A stretch of DNA of 63,745 bases, the filler included, from Chiloscyllium plagiosum (lineage: Eukaryota), in NCBI RefSeq assembly GCF_004010195.1. It is 4 parts of one record of this genome, joined end to end, with 100 filler letters (N's around TTAATTAATTAA, not from the genome) between each part and the next. Parts side by side here need not be neighbours in the genome. Positions count along the whole stretch, not along the records: positions 1 to 25,833 come from NC_057711.1; 3 more parts are not named here. One strand, given 5' to 3'. The notes under the pieces are model-generated. The model searched no databases and was not told the DNA's origin. It was given only the letters and a program-made list of their open reading frames with translations. Numbering within the stretch: the stretch's first letter is position 1; each line of letters begins with the position of its first letter. Positions 1-12,304 of the stretch are shown one piece after another. Both the position numbers and the translations under genes were made by a program.

Positions 1-71
1 GAGGAAGAAAATGTCATCAATATACCTGTTGTACAATGTTGGTTGGAGATCCTGCATAGAGAAGAATCTCT

Positions 72-449
72 GTGCAGTATCTCCAACCAACATTGTACAC
101 CAGGTACATTGACGACATTTTCTTCCTCTGGACCCATGGCGAGGAGTCACTGATAAAACTATACAGTGACATCAACAATTTTCATCCCACCATCAAACTC
201 ACCATGGACTACTCTCGACTATCTGTGTCATTCTTGGACACCTGCATCTCCATCAAGGACGGACACCTCAGCACCACACTCTACCGCAAACCCACAGACA
301 ACCTCACAATGCTACACTTCTCCAGCTTCCACCCAAAACATATTAAAACAGCCATTCCTTATGGACAAGCCCTACGTATACACCGGATCTACTCAGATGA
401 GGAGGAACGTGATGGACACCTGGAAGTACTCAAGGATGCCCTCACATGA
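72..449 (+). pseudogene. PLE reverse transcriptase fragment (YIDD motif)
   Basis: Translation YTRYIDDIFFLWTHGEESL...FLDTCISIKDGHLSTTLYRKPTD; premature stop at 447-449. Confidence 0.9.
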
Positions 450-783
450 ACGGGGTATGATGCTCAACTCATCGACCACCAGTTCCGACGTGCCACAGCA
501 AGGAACCGTAATGACATCCGCAGGAGACAGACACGTGCTGCAACTGACAGGGTTCAGTACTTCCCAGGAGCTTCCCATGTTCTTCGTGACCTGCAACACA
601 TTATCAATGAGGATGAGTACCTCACCAAGACCTTCCCCACACCTTCACTACTTGCCTTTAAACAACCGCCAAACCTCAAACAGATCAATGTTCGTAGCAA
701 ACTGCCCGGCTCTCAGGACAACTCCATACAACCCTGTCACGGTGGATGCTGCAAGACATGTCAGATTGTGGACATAGTTACCA

Positions 784-1030
784 GGTGTGGTATCCATAGG
801 TACCCATAGGGAGGGCCTCAACTGGGTTCAATGTCACGTTATAGGTGATCACCATTGCACTACACACACACAGATATTCCTACACACACACACTCTCACA
901 TACACACGGACACAGGTACACACAGATGCGCACACACCCTTATAGACACACACATTCCCACACTCACACATGCACTCCCTCACACAGTTAAGACACTCTG
1001 CACTCACTACACACACACACACACACATAA
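784..1030 (+). repeat. Ectopic copy of the element's own GIY-YIG end plus CA-rich 3' UTR, inserted in the linker
   Basis: 801-1030 matches ~1347-1590 (TACCCATAGGGAGGGCCTCAAC...GGTGATCACCATTGCACTACACACAC...). Removing 784-1030 restores DIVT|TITRGNT. Confidence 0.8.
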
Positions 1031-1401
1031 CTATTACGCGTGGGAACACCTCCCACCTTGTACATGGCAGGTACTCATGTGACTCAGCCAACATTATCTA
1101 TCTTATACGTTGCAGGCAAGGATGCCCGGAGGCATGGTACATTGGGGAAACCGAGCAATGGCTACGACAATGGATGAATGGACACCGCACAACAATCAAC
1201 AGACAGGAGGGTTGCCTCCCAGTTGGGGAAGACTTCAGTGGTCCAGGACATTCAGCCTCGGACCGTCAGGTGACCATCCTCCAAGGTGGACTTCGGGACA
1301 GGCAGCAGAGAAAAGTGGCCGAGCAGAGGCTGATAGCTAAGTTTGGTACCCATAGGGAGGGCCTCAACCAGGACCTTGGGTTCATGTCACATTACAGGTG
1401 A
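1031..1401 (+). pseudogene. PLE GIY-YIG endonuclease domain
   Basis: NIIYLIRCRQGCPEAWYIGETEQWLRQWMNGHR...AEQRLIAKFGTHREGLN. Confidence 0.9.
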
Positions 1402-2079
1402 TCACCATTGCACTACACACACATACAGATATTCCTACATACACACACACTCTCACATGCACACGGACACAGGTACACACAGACGTGCACACAGACACCC
1501 ACACACACCCTTATAGACACACCCACACTCCCACACTCACACATGCACCCCCTCACACTCTTAAGACACTCTGCACTCACTACACACACACACATACACA
1601 CTTTCTTACTCTCACAACCCCTACCCTAGACAGACACACACACACAGACAGACAAAGACTCACATGCACACATATATTTTGTGGGGTGAATTTGTACTTG
1701 CAGAGTCATATTGTACTTTGCTCGAAAACTGCATGCATTCATGTAGAACTCTGAGCTCAAAAACTGCATGAATTTATGTCAAACTCTGTTATCTCACTTT
1801 TTAGATTAGAATCAATCTAAACATCATGGCATAGACAGAGAACACAGGGGGCTAACACCTTCAACATATTGTCTAGCTATCACCATTGTTAACAACTAAC
1901 CCGAGAATGCGACTTTAAAAAAATGTTTTATGATTTACATATGAAAGAAGTGAAACTATCACTGTATTCTAACAGATGAAAGGCTTAACAGACAATCAAT
2001 TTTTCAATGTATAATTTCAGTTACATCACACTGTAAATTTTTGCTATAAATTCTGTGTTACGATTGAGCCCTCCACAAT

Positions 2080-2114
2080 CACCTGATGAAGGAGCGTCGC
2101 TCCGAAAGCTAGTG
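2080..2114 (+). ncRNA. Minimal type I hammerhead ribozyme motif (PLE-type)
   Basis: CAC-CTGATGA-A-GGAGC(GTC)GCTCC-GAAA-GCTA-GTG: conserved CUGANGA and GAAA core, helix II, CAC/GTG helix I, palindromic AGCT in place of helix III. Confidence 0.85.
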
Positions 2115-2479
2115 TGCTTCCAATTAAACCTGTTGGACTGTAACCTGGTGTTGTGATCTTGAACTTTGTACACCCCAGTCCAACACCGGCATCTCCAAAT
2201 CATAAAAGTACTGTGTATTCTTGAAATATGAAATACAAACAGTCAATACTGGAAGTATCAACCAGGTCAGTTAGCAGAAGGAACTTAACAGGTTCCAAGA
2301 GAAACAGAGTTCATAAACAAGACAAAAACAAAAGTTTAAAACATGTTAAGCAAAGGATGCAAATTAGGGACAGAGATTACGGTATAAAATTGTAGAGTCC
2401 AGATAGCTGTTACAAGTATCTCATACCTACTCAGTGATGCCCTGTTTGAGTTTCACCAGGGTCACTCAGCTCCAACCTT

Positions 2480-3660
2480 ATTACAGCCTTTCTTCAAACA
2501 TGAACAAAAGAGCTGAATTCCAGTGGTGAGGTGAGAATAACAGCCCTTGACATCAAGGCCGCATTCGACCAAGTGTGGCTACCTCCATTGTATTTCAGCC
2601 ACCATGATGAACCAGTGATTACTAATAGTGACAAGGGCTAGGAACCCTAGCAAAACTGGAATCAAGGGTATCAGGAGGAAAACCTTCCACTGGTTGGAGT
2701 TATACCTGACACGTAAGAAGATGTTGTGGTTGTTGGAGGCTAGTTATCGCAGCTCCAGCACATCTTGCAGGAATTCCTTAGGGAAGTCTGAGTGTCCTAG
2801 GCCCAATCATTTTCAGCTGCTTCATCAATGAACTTTCCTCCAACATAAGATCAGAAGTGGGGATGTTCGCTGATGATTGCACAATGTTCAGCAGCATTCG
2901 TGACTCCTCAGATACAATATCCAGGCTTGGGGTGACAAGTGGCAAGTAACATTTGCATCACACTAATGCCAGGCAACAACCATCTCCAGACAGTATAACC
3001 ACACTTTGATATTCAACAGTGTTACACAACTGAATCTCATACTATCAACATCTTTGGGGATACCATTGACCAGAAACTCAACTGGACTGATACACCATGT
3101 AAACACAATGGCTATAAGAGCAGGCCAGAGGCTAGGAATGCTGCAGTGAGTAACTCACCTCCTGTCTTCCCAAAGCCTGACCACCATCTACGAGGCAAAG
3201 TCAGGAGTCTGATGGAATACTCCCTACTTGTCTGGATCAGCACAATTCCAACAACATTTGAAGTTTTATAGCATCCAGGACAAAGCAGCTTTTTGATTGG
3301 CACCACATTCACAAGGCTTCAGTTCGCCCACTACTCATGCTCAGTGGCTACAGCGTATATCTACCAGGTGCGCTGCAGAAATTCACTACAGATCCTGAGA
3401 CAGAACCTTATAACTCCACACCTAATTCAATTTAGAAGACAAGGACATCAGATACATAGGAACATCAGCACTCTAAGTTCTCCTGTAAGCCGCTCACCAT
3501 CCTGAATTGGAAATATATCGCCGTTCCTTCCTTGTCGCTGAGTCAAAATTCTGCATTCCCTCCCGAACAGCATTGTGGGTCAACCTACAGCACATGGACT
3601 ACAGCAGTTAAAGAAGGCAGCTCCCTCCCTCCTGAAGAGCAACTAGGCATGAGCAGTAAA
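2480..3660 (+). mobile_element. CR1/L2-group LINE, family B, 3' ORF2 fragment (tail resumes at 5421-5474)
   Basis: ALDIKAAFDQVW (~2545-2580) and MFADDC (~2862-2880). The 3' UTR ...GCAACTAGGCATGAGCAGTAAA is continued by ATAAATGCTGACC...CCCACAT...AATAAAA after a CR1 insertion. Confidence 0.8.
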
Positions 3661-5420
3661 GGGAATAAAAGCATGACTAGAGTAAGATCGGGGCAATCAA
3701 GCATAGTAGTGGGAAGTTCTGCATGGAATCAGAAAGGATAGGAGAAGTGATAAATGAATACTTTTCATCAGTATTCACATTAGAAAAAAGATAATATAAT
3801 CGAGGAGAATACTGAGATGCAGGTTACTAGACTAGATGGGATTGAAGTGTATAAAGACGAGGTGTTAGCAATTCTGGAAAGTGTAAAAATAGATAAGTCC
3901 CCTGGGCCGGAAGGGATTTATCTAAGGATTCTCTGGGAAGCCGGGGAGGAGATTGCCAAGCCTTTGGCTTTGATCTTTATGTCGTCATTATCGACAGGAA
4001 TAGTGGCAGAAAACTGGAGGGTAACAAATGTTGTTCCCTTGTTCAAGAAGGGGAGTAGAGACAACCCTGGAAATTATAAACTTGTGAGAGTTACTTCGGT
4101 TGTGGGTAAAGTATTGGAAAGGATTATAAGGGATAGAATTTATAATCATCTTGAAAGGAATAAGTTGATTATGGATAGTCAGCATGGTTTTCTGAAGTTA
4201 GGTCGTGCCTCACAAACCTTATTAAGTTCTTTGAGAAAGTGACCAAACAGGTGGATGAGGGTAAAGTGGTTGGTGTGGTGTATATGGATTCCAGTAAGGC
4301 ATTTGATAATGTTCCCTACGGTAAGCTATGTTCTTCACAAAATATGGAAGCATGGGATTGAGGGTGATTTAGTGGTTTAGATCAGAAATTGGCTAGCTGA
4401 AAGAAGACAGAGGGTGGTGGTTTATGGGAAATATTAATCCTGGAATTCAGTTATTAGTGGGGTAACACAAGGATCTGGTTTGGGTCCACTGTTACCTGGA
4501 TGAGGGCATAGAAGGATGGGTTAGTAAATTTGCAGATAACACTAAGGTCAGTAGTGTTGTGGATAGTGACGAAAGATGTTGTAGGTTACAGAGAGACACA
4601 GATAAGCTATAGAGCTGAGCTGAGAGTTGGCAAATGGAGTTTCATGCTGAAAAGTGTGAGATGATTCACTTTGGAAAGAGTAACAGGAATACAGAAGATT
4701 GGGATAACGGTAAGATTCTTGGTAGTGTAGATGACCGGAGAGATCTAAGTGTCCATGTACATAGATCTTTGAAAGTTGCCACCTATTTTATAGGGATAAG
4801 AAGGCATACGGTCTGTTAGCTTTTATTGGTAGAGGGATTGAGTTTCAGAACCATGAGGTAATGCTGCAGAAGTACAAAACTCTGGTGCGGCCACATTTGG
4901 AGTATTGTGTACAGTTCTGGTCACCGCATTATAGGAAGGATGTGGAAACTTTGGAAAGAGTTCAGAGGAGATTTACTAAGATGTTGCCTGGTATGGAGGG
5001 AAGGTCTTAAAAGGAAAGGGTGAGGGACTTGAGGCTATTTTCATTAGAGATAAAAAGGTTGAGAGTCACTTAATTGAGACATATAGGATGATCAGAGGGT
5101 TAGATAGATTGGACAGTGAGAGCCTTTTTCCTTGAATGGCGATGGCTAGCACAAGGTGACATAGCTTTATATTGAGGGGTGATAGATATAGGACGGATGT
5201 CAGAGATAGTTTCTTTACTGAGAGAGTAGTAGAGATGTGGAACGCACTGCCTGCAACAGTAATAGACCCGCCAACTTTAAGGGCATTTAAATGGTCATTG
5301 GATAGACATATGGACAAGAATGGGATAGTGTAGATTAGATGGGCTTCAGATTGGTTCCACAAGTTGGCGCAACATTGATGGCTGAAGGGCCTGTACTGCG
5401 CTGTAATGTTCTATGTTCTC
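3661..5420 (+). mobile_element. CR1 LINE, 5'-truncated, decayed ORF2
   Basis: KSPGPEGIY...NVVPLFKKGSRDNPGNYK...SQHGF; YKTLVRPHLEYCVQFW; tail CTGTAATGTTCTATGTTCT. Confidence 0.93.
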
Positions 5421-5485
5421 ATAAATGCTGACCAAGCCAACAACACCCACATTCAACAAGTGAATAAAAGAAAACTGTACCATGG

Positions 5486-6200
5486 TCAAGGCCAAGAGAA
5501 GTTAACATAAGAGCAAGGGGTCCACTGAAGCTTCCTTCTTCCTCATTATCTCCACAAAGTACCTGTTGAAGGCCACGTTATTGGTCCTACACCTGCATGA
5601 GAATGGGGTTTTGGAGGATACAAAAGACCGTTACAAATTTGATATGTATTGTAATGGGTCCTATTGTCTTTCCCTGCATGGTCCAGAATGGAGACCCATT
5701 GTTTCAGTATGGCAACATTTACTCCATGACATTCCTGGAAGTAGCATGGTTGTCTTTATAATTTGTCCATGTAGTTTCAATGGCAGAAGAAGTTTATTAG
5801 CCACATTGCAACTATTGTCATCATTGGTAACCATTGCTTCTTCATGGAAATACAATGGATGTAGCCCACAGGTTCAGGATGAATACATTGTGGTTAATAG
5901 GTAGTAACTGCGAAGATATTCTGAGCATGGTTATACACCAACTACACATGGATGGAATGTAATCCTTGCAGTTTTGGTCCATCTCACAGTGAATATGTGG
6001 CATCTGCATGTCCAAATATGTGCAGCTTATGGTTTTCTGCATCCCTGGGTACTCTGCTAGCCTTCCAAATAACATATATTGTCATACAACTTTCATCTGG
6101 TAAGAGAAAACAATGAGCATCCGTATTCTTTTATGTAGGGTCACTGTCATTTACCTGATGTGGTGATGTTCAGCAAACAAAGAAACATTGCAAATGCTAC
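5486..6200 (-). mobile_element. Highly decayed LINE fragment, probably RTE
   Basis: Only weak RT-like remnants on the minus strand; no long ORF. Confidence 0.35.
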
Positions 6201-6902
6201 TTGCTTCCATTTGGGAAAATCTGATGATGTATCAATGTAAAATAAGAGTGATTTGGTGACCTATGACGTCGGTCTCCTTTTCCTGTGTCCAGTTGACTGT
6301 CTGGTAATAAGCAGTAGTTCAGTTCAGTCATTAGTTCCTTGGTGGATAATAGGCAGCGAACATGCTGCTTCTGGCTGAGGTGGAGGCATCCTGTATGCTT
6401 AAGGTCTCCCCCTGAGAACACTTCTTATCCATTCCCTCTATGTAACTTTACATCTCTGTTCTCAGTACTACATCTCAAAGTCACACTACAGTCCAAGAAG
6501 GACCATAAATATAGTCACATTGCTCAAAACAGACATCTCTCAGAAAGCTTGTCAAACTCCTCTGACTGCCTAGTCAATGTTTAGCACCATTCATTTATAA
6601 ATAGAGTTTTCTGAACTGTTCCACTAATACTCAATAACTCTTTTCAAAATCAAAAGGCAATTCAACAAGCCTTGTGGGGTATGACCTGCCCCTCTCAAAG
6701 CGCTGCTGACTATTTATAATTAAACTATGTCTTTTCTAGTAATCATAAATCCTCTCTGTCAGAATTCCCTACAATAATTTGCCCACTATAGATGTAAGAC
6801 TGACTGGCCTGGAGTTCCCAGGATTATCCCTATTCCCTTTCTTCAACAAGGGAATAACATCTGCCAACTTTTTCTTAATTCTACTGGCTAAAGCTTTTTC
6901 AT

Positions 6903-7352
6903 TGAGAGTGTGGTGCTGGAAAAGCATAGCCGGTCAGGCAGCATCCAAGGAGCAGGAGACGCAACGTTTCGGGCGTAAACCCTTTAGATTAGATTAGAAT
7001 CCCCTACAGTGTGGAAACAGGCCCTTCAGCCCAACAAGTCCAAACAGACTCTCCAAAGAGTAACCAACCCAGGCCCATTTCCCTCTTACTAATGCACCTA
7101 ACACTATGGGCAATTTAGCATGCACCTACCTGCACATTTTTGGACTGTGGGAGGAAATCAGAGCACCCGGAGGAAACCCATGCAGACACAGGGAGAATGT
7201 GCAAACTCCACTTCAGTCGCCTGAAGCTGGAATCGAACCTTGATCCCTGGCACTGTGAGGCAGCAGTGCTAACCACTGAGCCGCTTTGCTGCTGTGCTGC
7301 CCCTTCATCAGGAATTTTCGGGCATATGCCCTTCATCATACTCACTTTCTCG
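6903..7352. mobile_element. Short PLE-terminus insertion (inverted body with tandem hammerhead remnants + 12-nt 3' end), containing a nested HE1 SINE
   Basis: Flanked by TAAAGCTTTTTCAT (6889-6902) and TAAAGCTTTCTCAT (7353-7366); ends CTCACTTTCTCG. Minus-strand hammerhead parts at 6965-6984/7301-7311 and 7316-7338. Confidence 0.8.
6985..7300 (-). mobile_element. HE1-type tRNA-derived V-SINE
   Basis: Minus strand reads GCTCAGTGGTTAGCACTGCTGCCTCACAG...GGTTCGATTCC (A/B boxes), V-domain GGAGTTTGCACATTCTCCC...GGGTTTCCTCCGGGTGCTC, tail GGGCCTGTTTCCACACTGTAG...(TCTAA)n; flanked by CCCTT/CCCTT. Confidence 0.92.
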
Positions 7353-9727
7353 TAAAGCTTTCTCATGACCACTTCTCACTATTCTAAGTCCATTCTTCAA
7401 TTCCTTCCTGGCTACCTTGTAACCTTCTAAAGTCCTGTAGGATCCTTGCCTCCTTAACCTTAAATAAGTTTCCTTCTTCCACTTGACTAGATGTTCTACA
7501 TCCCTTGTCAGCCAAGGTTCCTTCACCCTACCATCCCTTTTTTGCCTCGGTGGAACAAGCCTATCTAGCACGATCAGCAAATGCTCCCGAAGCAACCTCC
7601 ACACTTCTGTCGTGCATTTTTCTGAGAAAATCTGTTCCCAATTTAGGTGTTCCAGTTCCTGTCTAATAGCATTGTAATCCCCCCCTCCCCCAACTAAATA
7701 CTTCCCCAAACCATCTGCTTCAATCCCTCTCCATGAGTATAGTAAAGGTCAGGGAGTAGTGATCACTATCACACAAATGCTCTCCCACCAAGAGATCTGA
7801 CACCTGGCATGGTTCCTTGCCAAGCACCAAATCCAATATGGCCTCGCCTCCAGTCAGCCTATCTATATATTGAGTCAGGAATCCCTCTTGGACACGCCTG
7901 ACAATAACTGCTCCACCAAACTGTTTGAACTAAGGATGTTCTAATCAATACTAGGGAAGTTAAAGTCACCCAAGACAAATCCTGTTACTTTTGTACCTTT
8001 CCAAAATCTTCCTCTCAATCTGCTCCTCCATGTCTCTGTTGCTATTGGGGTGGTCTGGAGATAACTCCCAATAAAGTGACTGCTCTTTTCCTGTTTCTGA
8101 CTTCCACCTATACTGATTCTCAGACAAACCCTCCTCGACCAACTTCCTTTCTGCAGCTGTGATACTATCCCTGATTAGGAATACCCCTCCTCCACCTCTA
8201 TTACCTATCCTGCTATTCCTTTTGAAACATCTAAACCCTGGAACATCCAACAACCTTTTCTGCTTCTGTGATGTCCAAGTTTCCATAATGGCTACAACAT
8301 CATAGTTCTGAGTACTGATGCTGTAAGTTCATCATCCTTATTCCTGACACTTCTTGCATTAAAGTAGACACACTTCAATCCATCACACTGACTGCAACTT
8401 GCCCTGTCAACTGTCTGTCCCTCCTCACAGATTCTGTTTACACTGTATCAGGCTATTCAGTAGCTATCCTCAGATCCGTAGTTCCAGTTTCCACCCTCCA
8501 CCCCACCAAACTAGTTTAAACCATCGTGAAGAGCTCTAGCAAACCTCCCGCCCAGGATATTAGTGCTCTTCTAGTTCAGTGCAACCAATCCATCGTGTAC
8601 AGGTCCCACCTTCCCCAGAAGATATCCTAATGATGCGCATATCTGAAGCCCTCCCTCCTACACCAGCCCTGACGCCACATGTTCTCTGCACTCGTTCTCT
8701 GTTACTAGTCTCACTAACCCAATCCAGGTAGCAATCCTGAAATTACTACTCTGCTCGACATGCCTTTTAGCTTCCAACCTAACTCACTATATTCACTTTT
8801 CAGGCCATTATCCCTTTCCCTACTTATGTCATTTGTACAGGTTTGTACCATGTTTTCTGGCTGCTCACCCTCTGCCTTAAGAATTCAACATATGGTCCGG
8901 GAGTCTCATTCGTGAACACAGAATCCCTTATCTGTTCCTCTCACCATTGAATCTCCAATCATTATTGCTCTCTTATTCTCCCCCCTTCCCTCAGAGACCT
9001 GTTCACTGAGGCTTTCCTCTGGTAGTTTGTCACCCCCAAACAGTACCCAAAAACAGTATACTTATTGTTGTGGGGATGGCCACAAGGAATCCCTGCACTG
9101 TCTGCCTATTCTGGTTCCCTCTCCTGATGGTCACGAGGGTTTAAATTTCAAGGAAGAATGGCTTGATGGTCATGGGGAAACACTAGGGCACACCATGCTC
9201 ACAGCCACACTGGGCACACATTAGGCACAGGGCCACATGAGGAGCTTGTCTTGAGGACCCGCCTTTAGATGTTGAGTCTTTGACCCCTGTGAATGTTCTC
9301 CCCCATCTCACTGGCAGATGTAATGGTTTTAGATGTTGGCATGGATTCCCTTTGTGACAGCTCTAAGATGGCTGGTTGGTTACAGCCATGGTGTTGCCTG
9401 AGTATCTTTGGCAACCTTGGAGGTGGCACAGTTTTTTCCCACCATCTAACCACTTTGCTGGGATGGCACCACATGCCATCTGCTATCTTCCATCTAAAGG
9501 GATGGTAGGCAGCCCATGCAGACATTTGCTTTCTATAACCTCCTCCTGGCCAGTCTTATGAAGACCTGGTGTCAGAAGGATTATGTGAGGTTTGCAGTTA
9601 TTTTCTCTAAGGCCTAATGGGATTGGTGCCTGATCTCACCTCCCCTTAGCTGGCATACATGTAAGAGGAGGAGCTCACCCAGAACAAAGGGCAGAACTGT
9701 TGCTATAACAAACCTCTGCACAGCAGA

Positions 9728-9931
9728 GGAGAAAGTGAGGTCTGCAGATGCTGGAGATCAGAGCTGAAAATGTGTTGCTGGAAAAGCGCAGCAGGTCAGG
9801 CAGCATCCAGGGAACAGGAGAATCGACGTTTCGGGCATAAGCCTGAAGAAGGGCTTATGCCCGAAACGTCGATTCTCCTATTCCCTGGATGCTGCCTGAC
9901 CTGCTGCGCTTTTCCAGCAACACATTTTCAG
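9728..9931. mobile_element. Fold-back short PLE-terminus insertion with hammerhead motif
   Basis: Inverted arms ~9760-9843 and ~9852-9935; 14-bp TSD CTCTGCACAGCAGA (9714-9727, 9932-9945); begins with the reverse complement of CTCACTTTCTCC. Confidence 0.9.
9843..9875 (+). ncRNA. Minimal hammerhead ribozyme core
   Basis: CTGAAGA-A-GGGC(TTAT)GCCC-GAAA-CGTC; palindromic ACGT; the 5' helix I strand is cut short by the inversion. Confidence 0.7.
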
Positions 9932-10339
9932 CTCTGCACAGCAGACTCAAGGGAATACAGTCAAAATAGGTACCACCTCAGGTAAGCCCTTTTTTAAGGA
10001 CTATATTTGCCTGCTCAGATTTCATGAAGAGTTCAGTTTCACTAGACATTTTTTTGTCAACTACGGTGGACGTTACCTTTATGACTGCCTCAATAGTTGT
10101 ATCAGATAGACATAAATTCTTGCCCCATGGTACATGTATGTCAGCTCAGGGGGGGTGAGATCAGGCTTCCTGTTGGTGAGCTGGAAGTGGGATGGAGTCA
10201 GAGGAATACCAGGGCCCTATGTACATATGGTTGGATCTCTCCCTTGGTGACTAAGCTTGTCTGTTTCCTGAAGCTATCGACTATTTTTGTTTTTTTCCTC
10301 TGGAACACTGCCACATCTTTTCAACGTTGATATGGTTTG

Positions 10340-10765
10340 AGTTATAAGAAGAAGCTGAATAGGCTGTGGCTAGTTTCCCTGGAGTGTCAGCGGCCGAGGG
10401 ATGACCTTATAAAGATTCATAAAATCATGGGGGGTGTGGTTAGGATGAATAGCCAAGCTTTTTTCCCTGGGGTGGGCGGAGTCCAAAACTAGATGACATA
10501 GGTTTAAGGTGAGAGGAAACAGATTTAAAAGAGACCTAAGGGGCAACTTTTCAGGCAGAGGGTGATGCATGTATGGAATGAGCTGTCAGAGGGAGTGGTG
10601 GAAGCTGGTACAATTACAACATTTAAAAGGCATCTGGATGGATACATGGACAGAAAGCATTTAGAAGGATACGGGCCAAATGTTGGGAAATGGCATACAT
10701 TGGATATCTGGTCAGCATGAAACTGAAAGGTCTGTTTCAGTGTTGTACATCTCTATGACTCTATA
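10340..10765 (+). mobile_element. CR1 LINE 3' end
   Basis: AGGGGCAACTTTT...TGGAATGAGCTG...AACATTTAAAAGGCATCTGGATGG, tail CTCTATGACTCTAT. Confidence 0.88.
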
Positions 10766-12304
10766 GCTGGCTGTGGGGTAATGTGACAAGGTCTTCCCTT
10801 CTGAGGAAGAAGGAGAGACAGCATATACTGACAAGGAGGACTTAGCAACTGAGGGAAAAGAGATTAAACGATCACTGGCAGTTGAGTGTCTCTCACTCAC
10901 TCTCTCTTTCATTCCTCCTTATTGGATTTATTAGAGAAACAACAACTATCAGCTTCTCTCTCCACACTGACCTGGCAGAGAAATGAACCTAATTCATTAA
11001 GCCTTTCAGAAAATAACTGCAAACACATATACTGTGTCTAAGTGTATCTCTGTTATCAAAGGTGGGAGATAAATCATTATGGAATACTAACTAACTATGT
11101 ATAATTCCAAGTATTTACAGTCAGGTATGCCACACCTCTCTCCATCAGAAGACAAATTGTTTCTGTATCAACACAATGACTGGCATGATCAGATTGGCTG
11201 TCTCAATAGAGCTCAGAATTAGTTCTTTCAGAAGTATTACTTTATACAACATTATAGAGCTAGATTTTATAATCTTGAGATCTGATGATCATAATATTCA
11301 GATTCCAAAGTACCAGTGAATAATGAAATTATATACATTTCAATATAGTGGTTGCTGTGATTTTCAAAAGCAATTGTTTCCAAAATGGAAATTTTCATGT
11401 GGAACCAAGTTTGGAGCTGTACACTAACAACTTACATGTGTTCAGTGCCTTAAAAATGTCAACGCACATAAATTCAAGAATATCGTAACAATCTCAAAGT
11501 GCATGAAGAAGTGATGTTGCAGTTCAATATATTTAAAAAAAGTAAGGAACGAGATTTGGTTTAAGAAAGGCTGATGTGGATTATGTGCTAAATGGGAACA
11601 TACTTCAGCTAGTGCAACAGGACTTAGATCTACTGCTTTTAGTGGATGCTAGTAAATCCATCAGCACAATGTTTTCAGGCTGTTAGAAAACTAAGAGCCA
11701 ACAGAATATTGTGATGCATTGCCTTGAGGTATAACAGTAAATCCAAGGCTTCATTTCAAAAATGGATTTGGCTTACTTCAAAAATCTAATGGAATTTGTG
11801 ATCAGTGGTGAACCAAAAGTGCTCTGCTCCCAGAGCTTTATGTGGGATTTACAATGTAATTTGTAGATATCAGACAGTTGAAACAGTGCAGCCCCATCCT
11901 GACTACAGGGGTCTGGAATCTGTTTGAAAACATTAACAGCATCATGAGCTTAATTTTAATTTGCCCCCTGTCAGCTTTGAAGCAGGAGGGCAAATAAAAT
12001 TCAATAGGTAGCTTTCTGGCACTGGCAGCCATCTTGCAGCCTACCCGCCCCCTCCTGACCTGTGAGATTATTTACAGAGGGTGGAGGTGATGTTGGCTGA
12101 TACATCAAAGGCACACTGCTGTCCCTTTAATCGTCCCGCTGCCTTTTGAACTCAAATGGAATGTCTGATAAATTTCAGTAGCAGGACCTCCTCCTCACAA
12201 AGAGGAGAAAGTCTCTCCATGTAGCAATAAATATTGCTCCCTACATTATATTTCTGTGGAGTAGCTCTGAGATTTATGGGCATGCTCCTGCTGACCTTTT
12301 AGCC

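Larger units (their letters stand above)
1..2203 (+). mobile_element. Penelope-like element (Neptune-type), 3' part: RT C-terminus, Cys-rich linker, GIY-YIG endonuclease, CA-rich 3' UTR, terminal hammerhead
   Basis: ORF 72-449 has RYIDDIFFLW and SFLD...YRKPTD (PLE RT). Linker PCHGGCCKTCQI lies at ~730-768. ORF 970-1401 has IYLIRC...WYIGET...HR...HS...AEQRLI...GLN (GIY-YIG). The 3' end CATCTCCAAATCAT is shared with the copy at 27200. Confidence 0.93.
6580..9135 (-). mobile_element. CR1 LINE fragment: ORF1 SGNH 3' part, ORF2 APE endonuclease/linker and a piece of RT
   Basis: Minus-strand METW...LLDVPGFRCFKRN...GGGVFLIRDSI (7966-8286), KEPWLTRDV (7308-7709) and NPGNSRPVSLTS (~6790-6830); ORF1 end near 8510. 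Confidence 0.85.

Noticed and set aside
849..1754. His/Thr- and Cys/Val-rich ORFs
   Set aside because: These are translations of CA/TG low-complexity PLE UTR.
9760..9935. Hairpin as a miRNA precursor or MITE with TIRs
   Set aside because: The arms are PLE terminus sequence found at coding PLE ends, the structure is asymmetric, and non-inverted copies exist (41655-41733).
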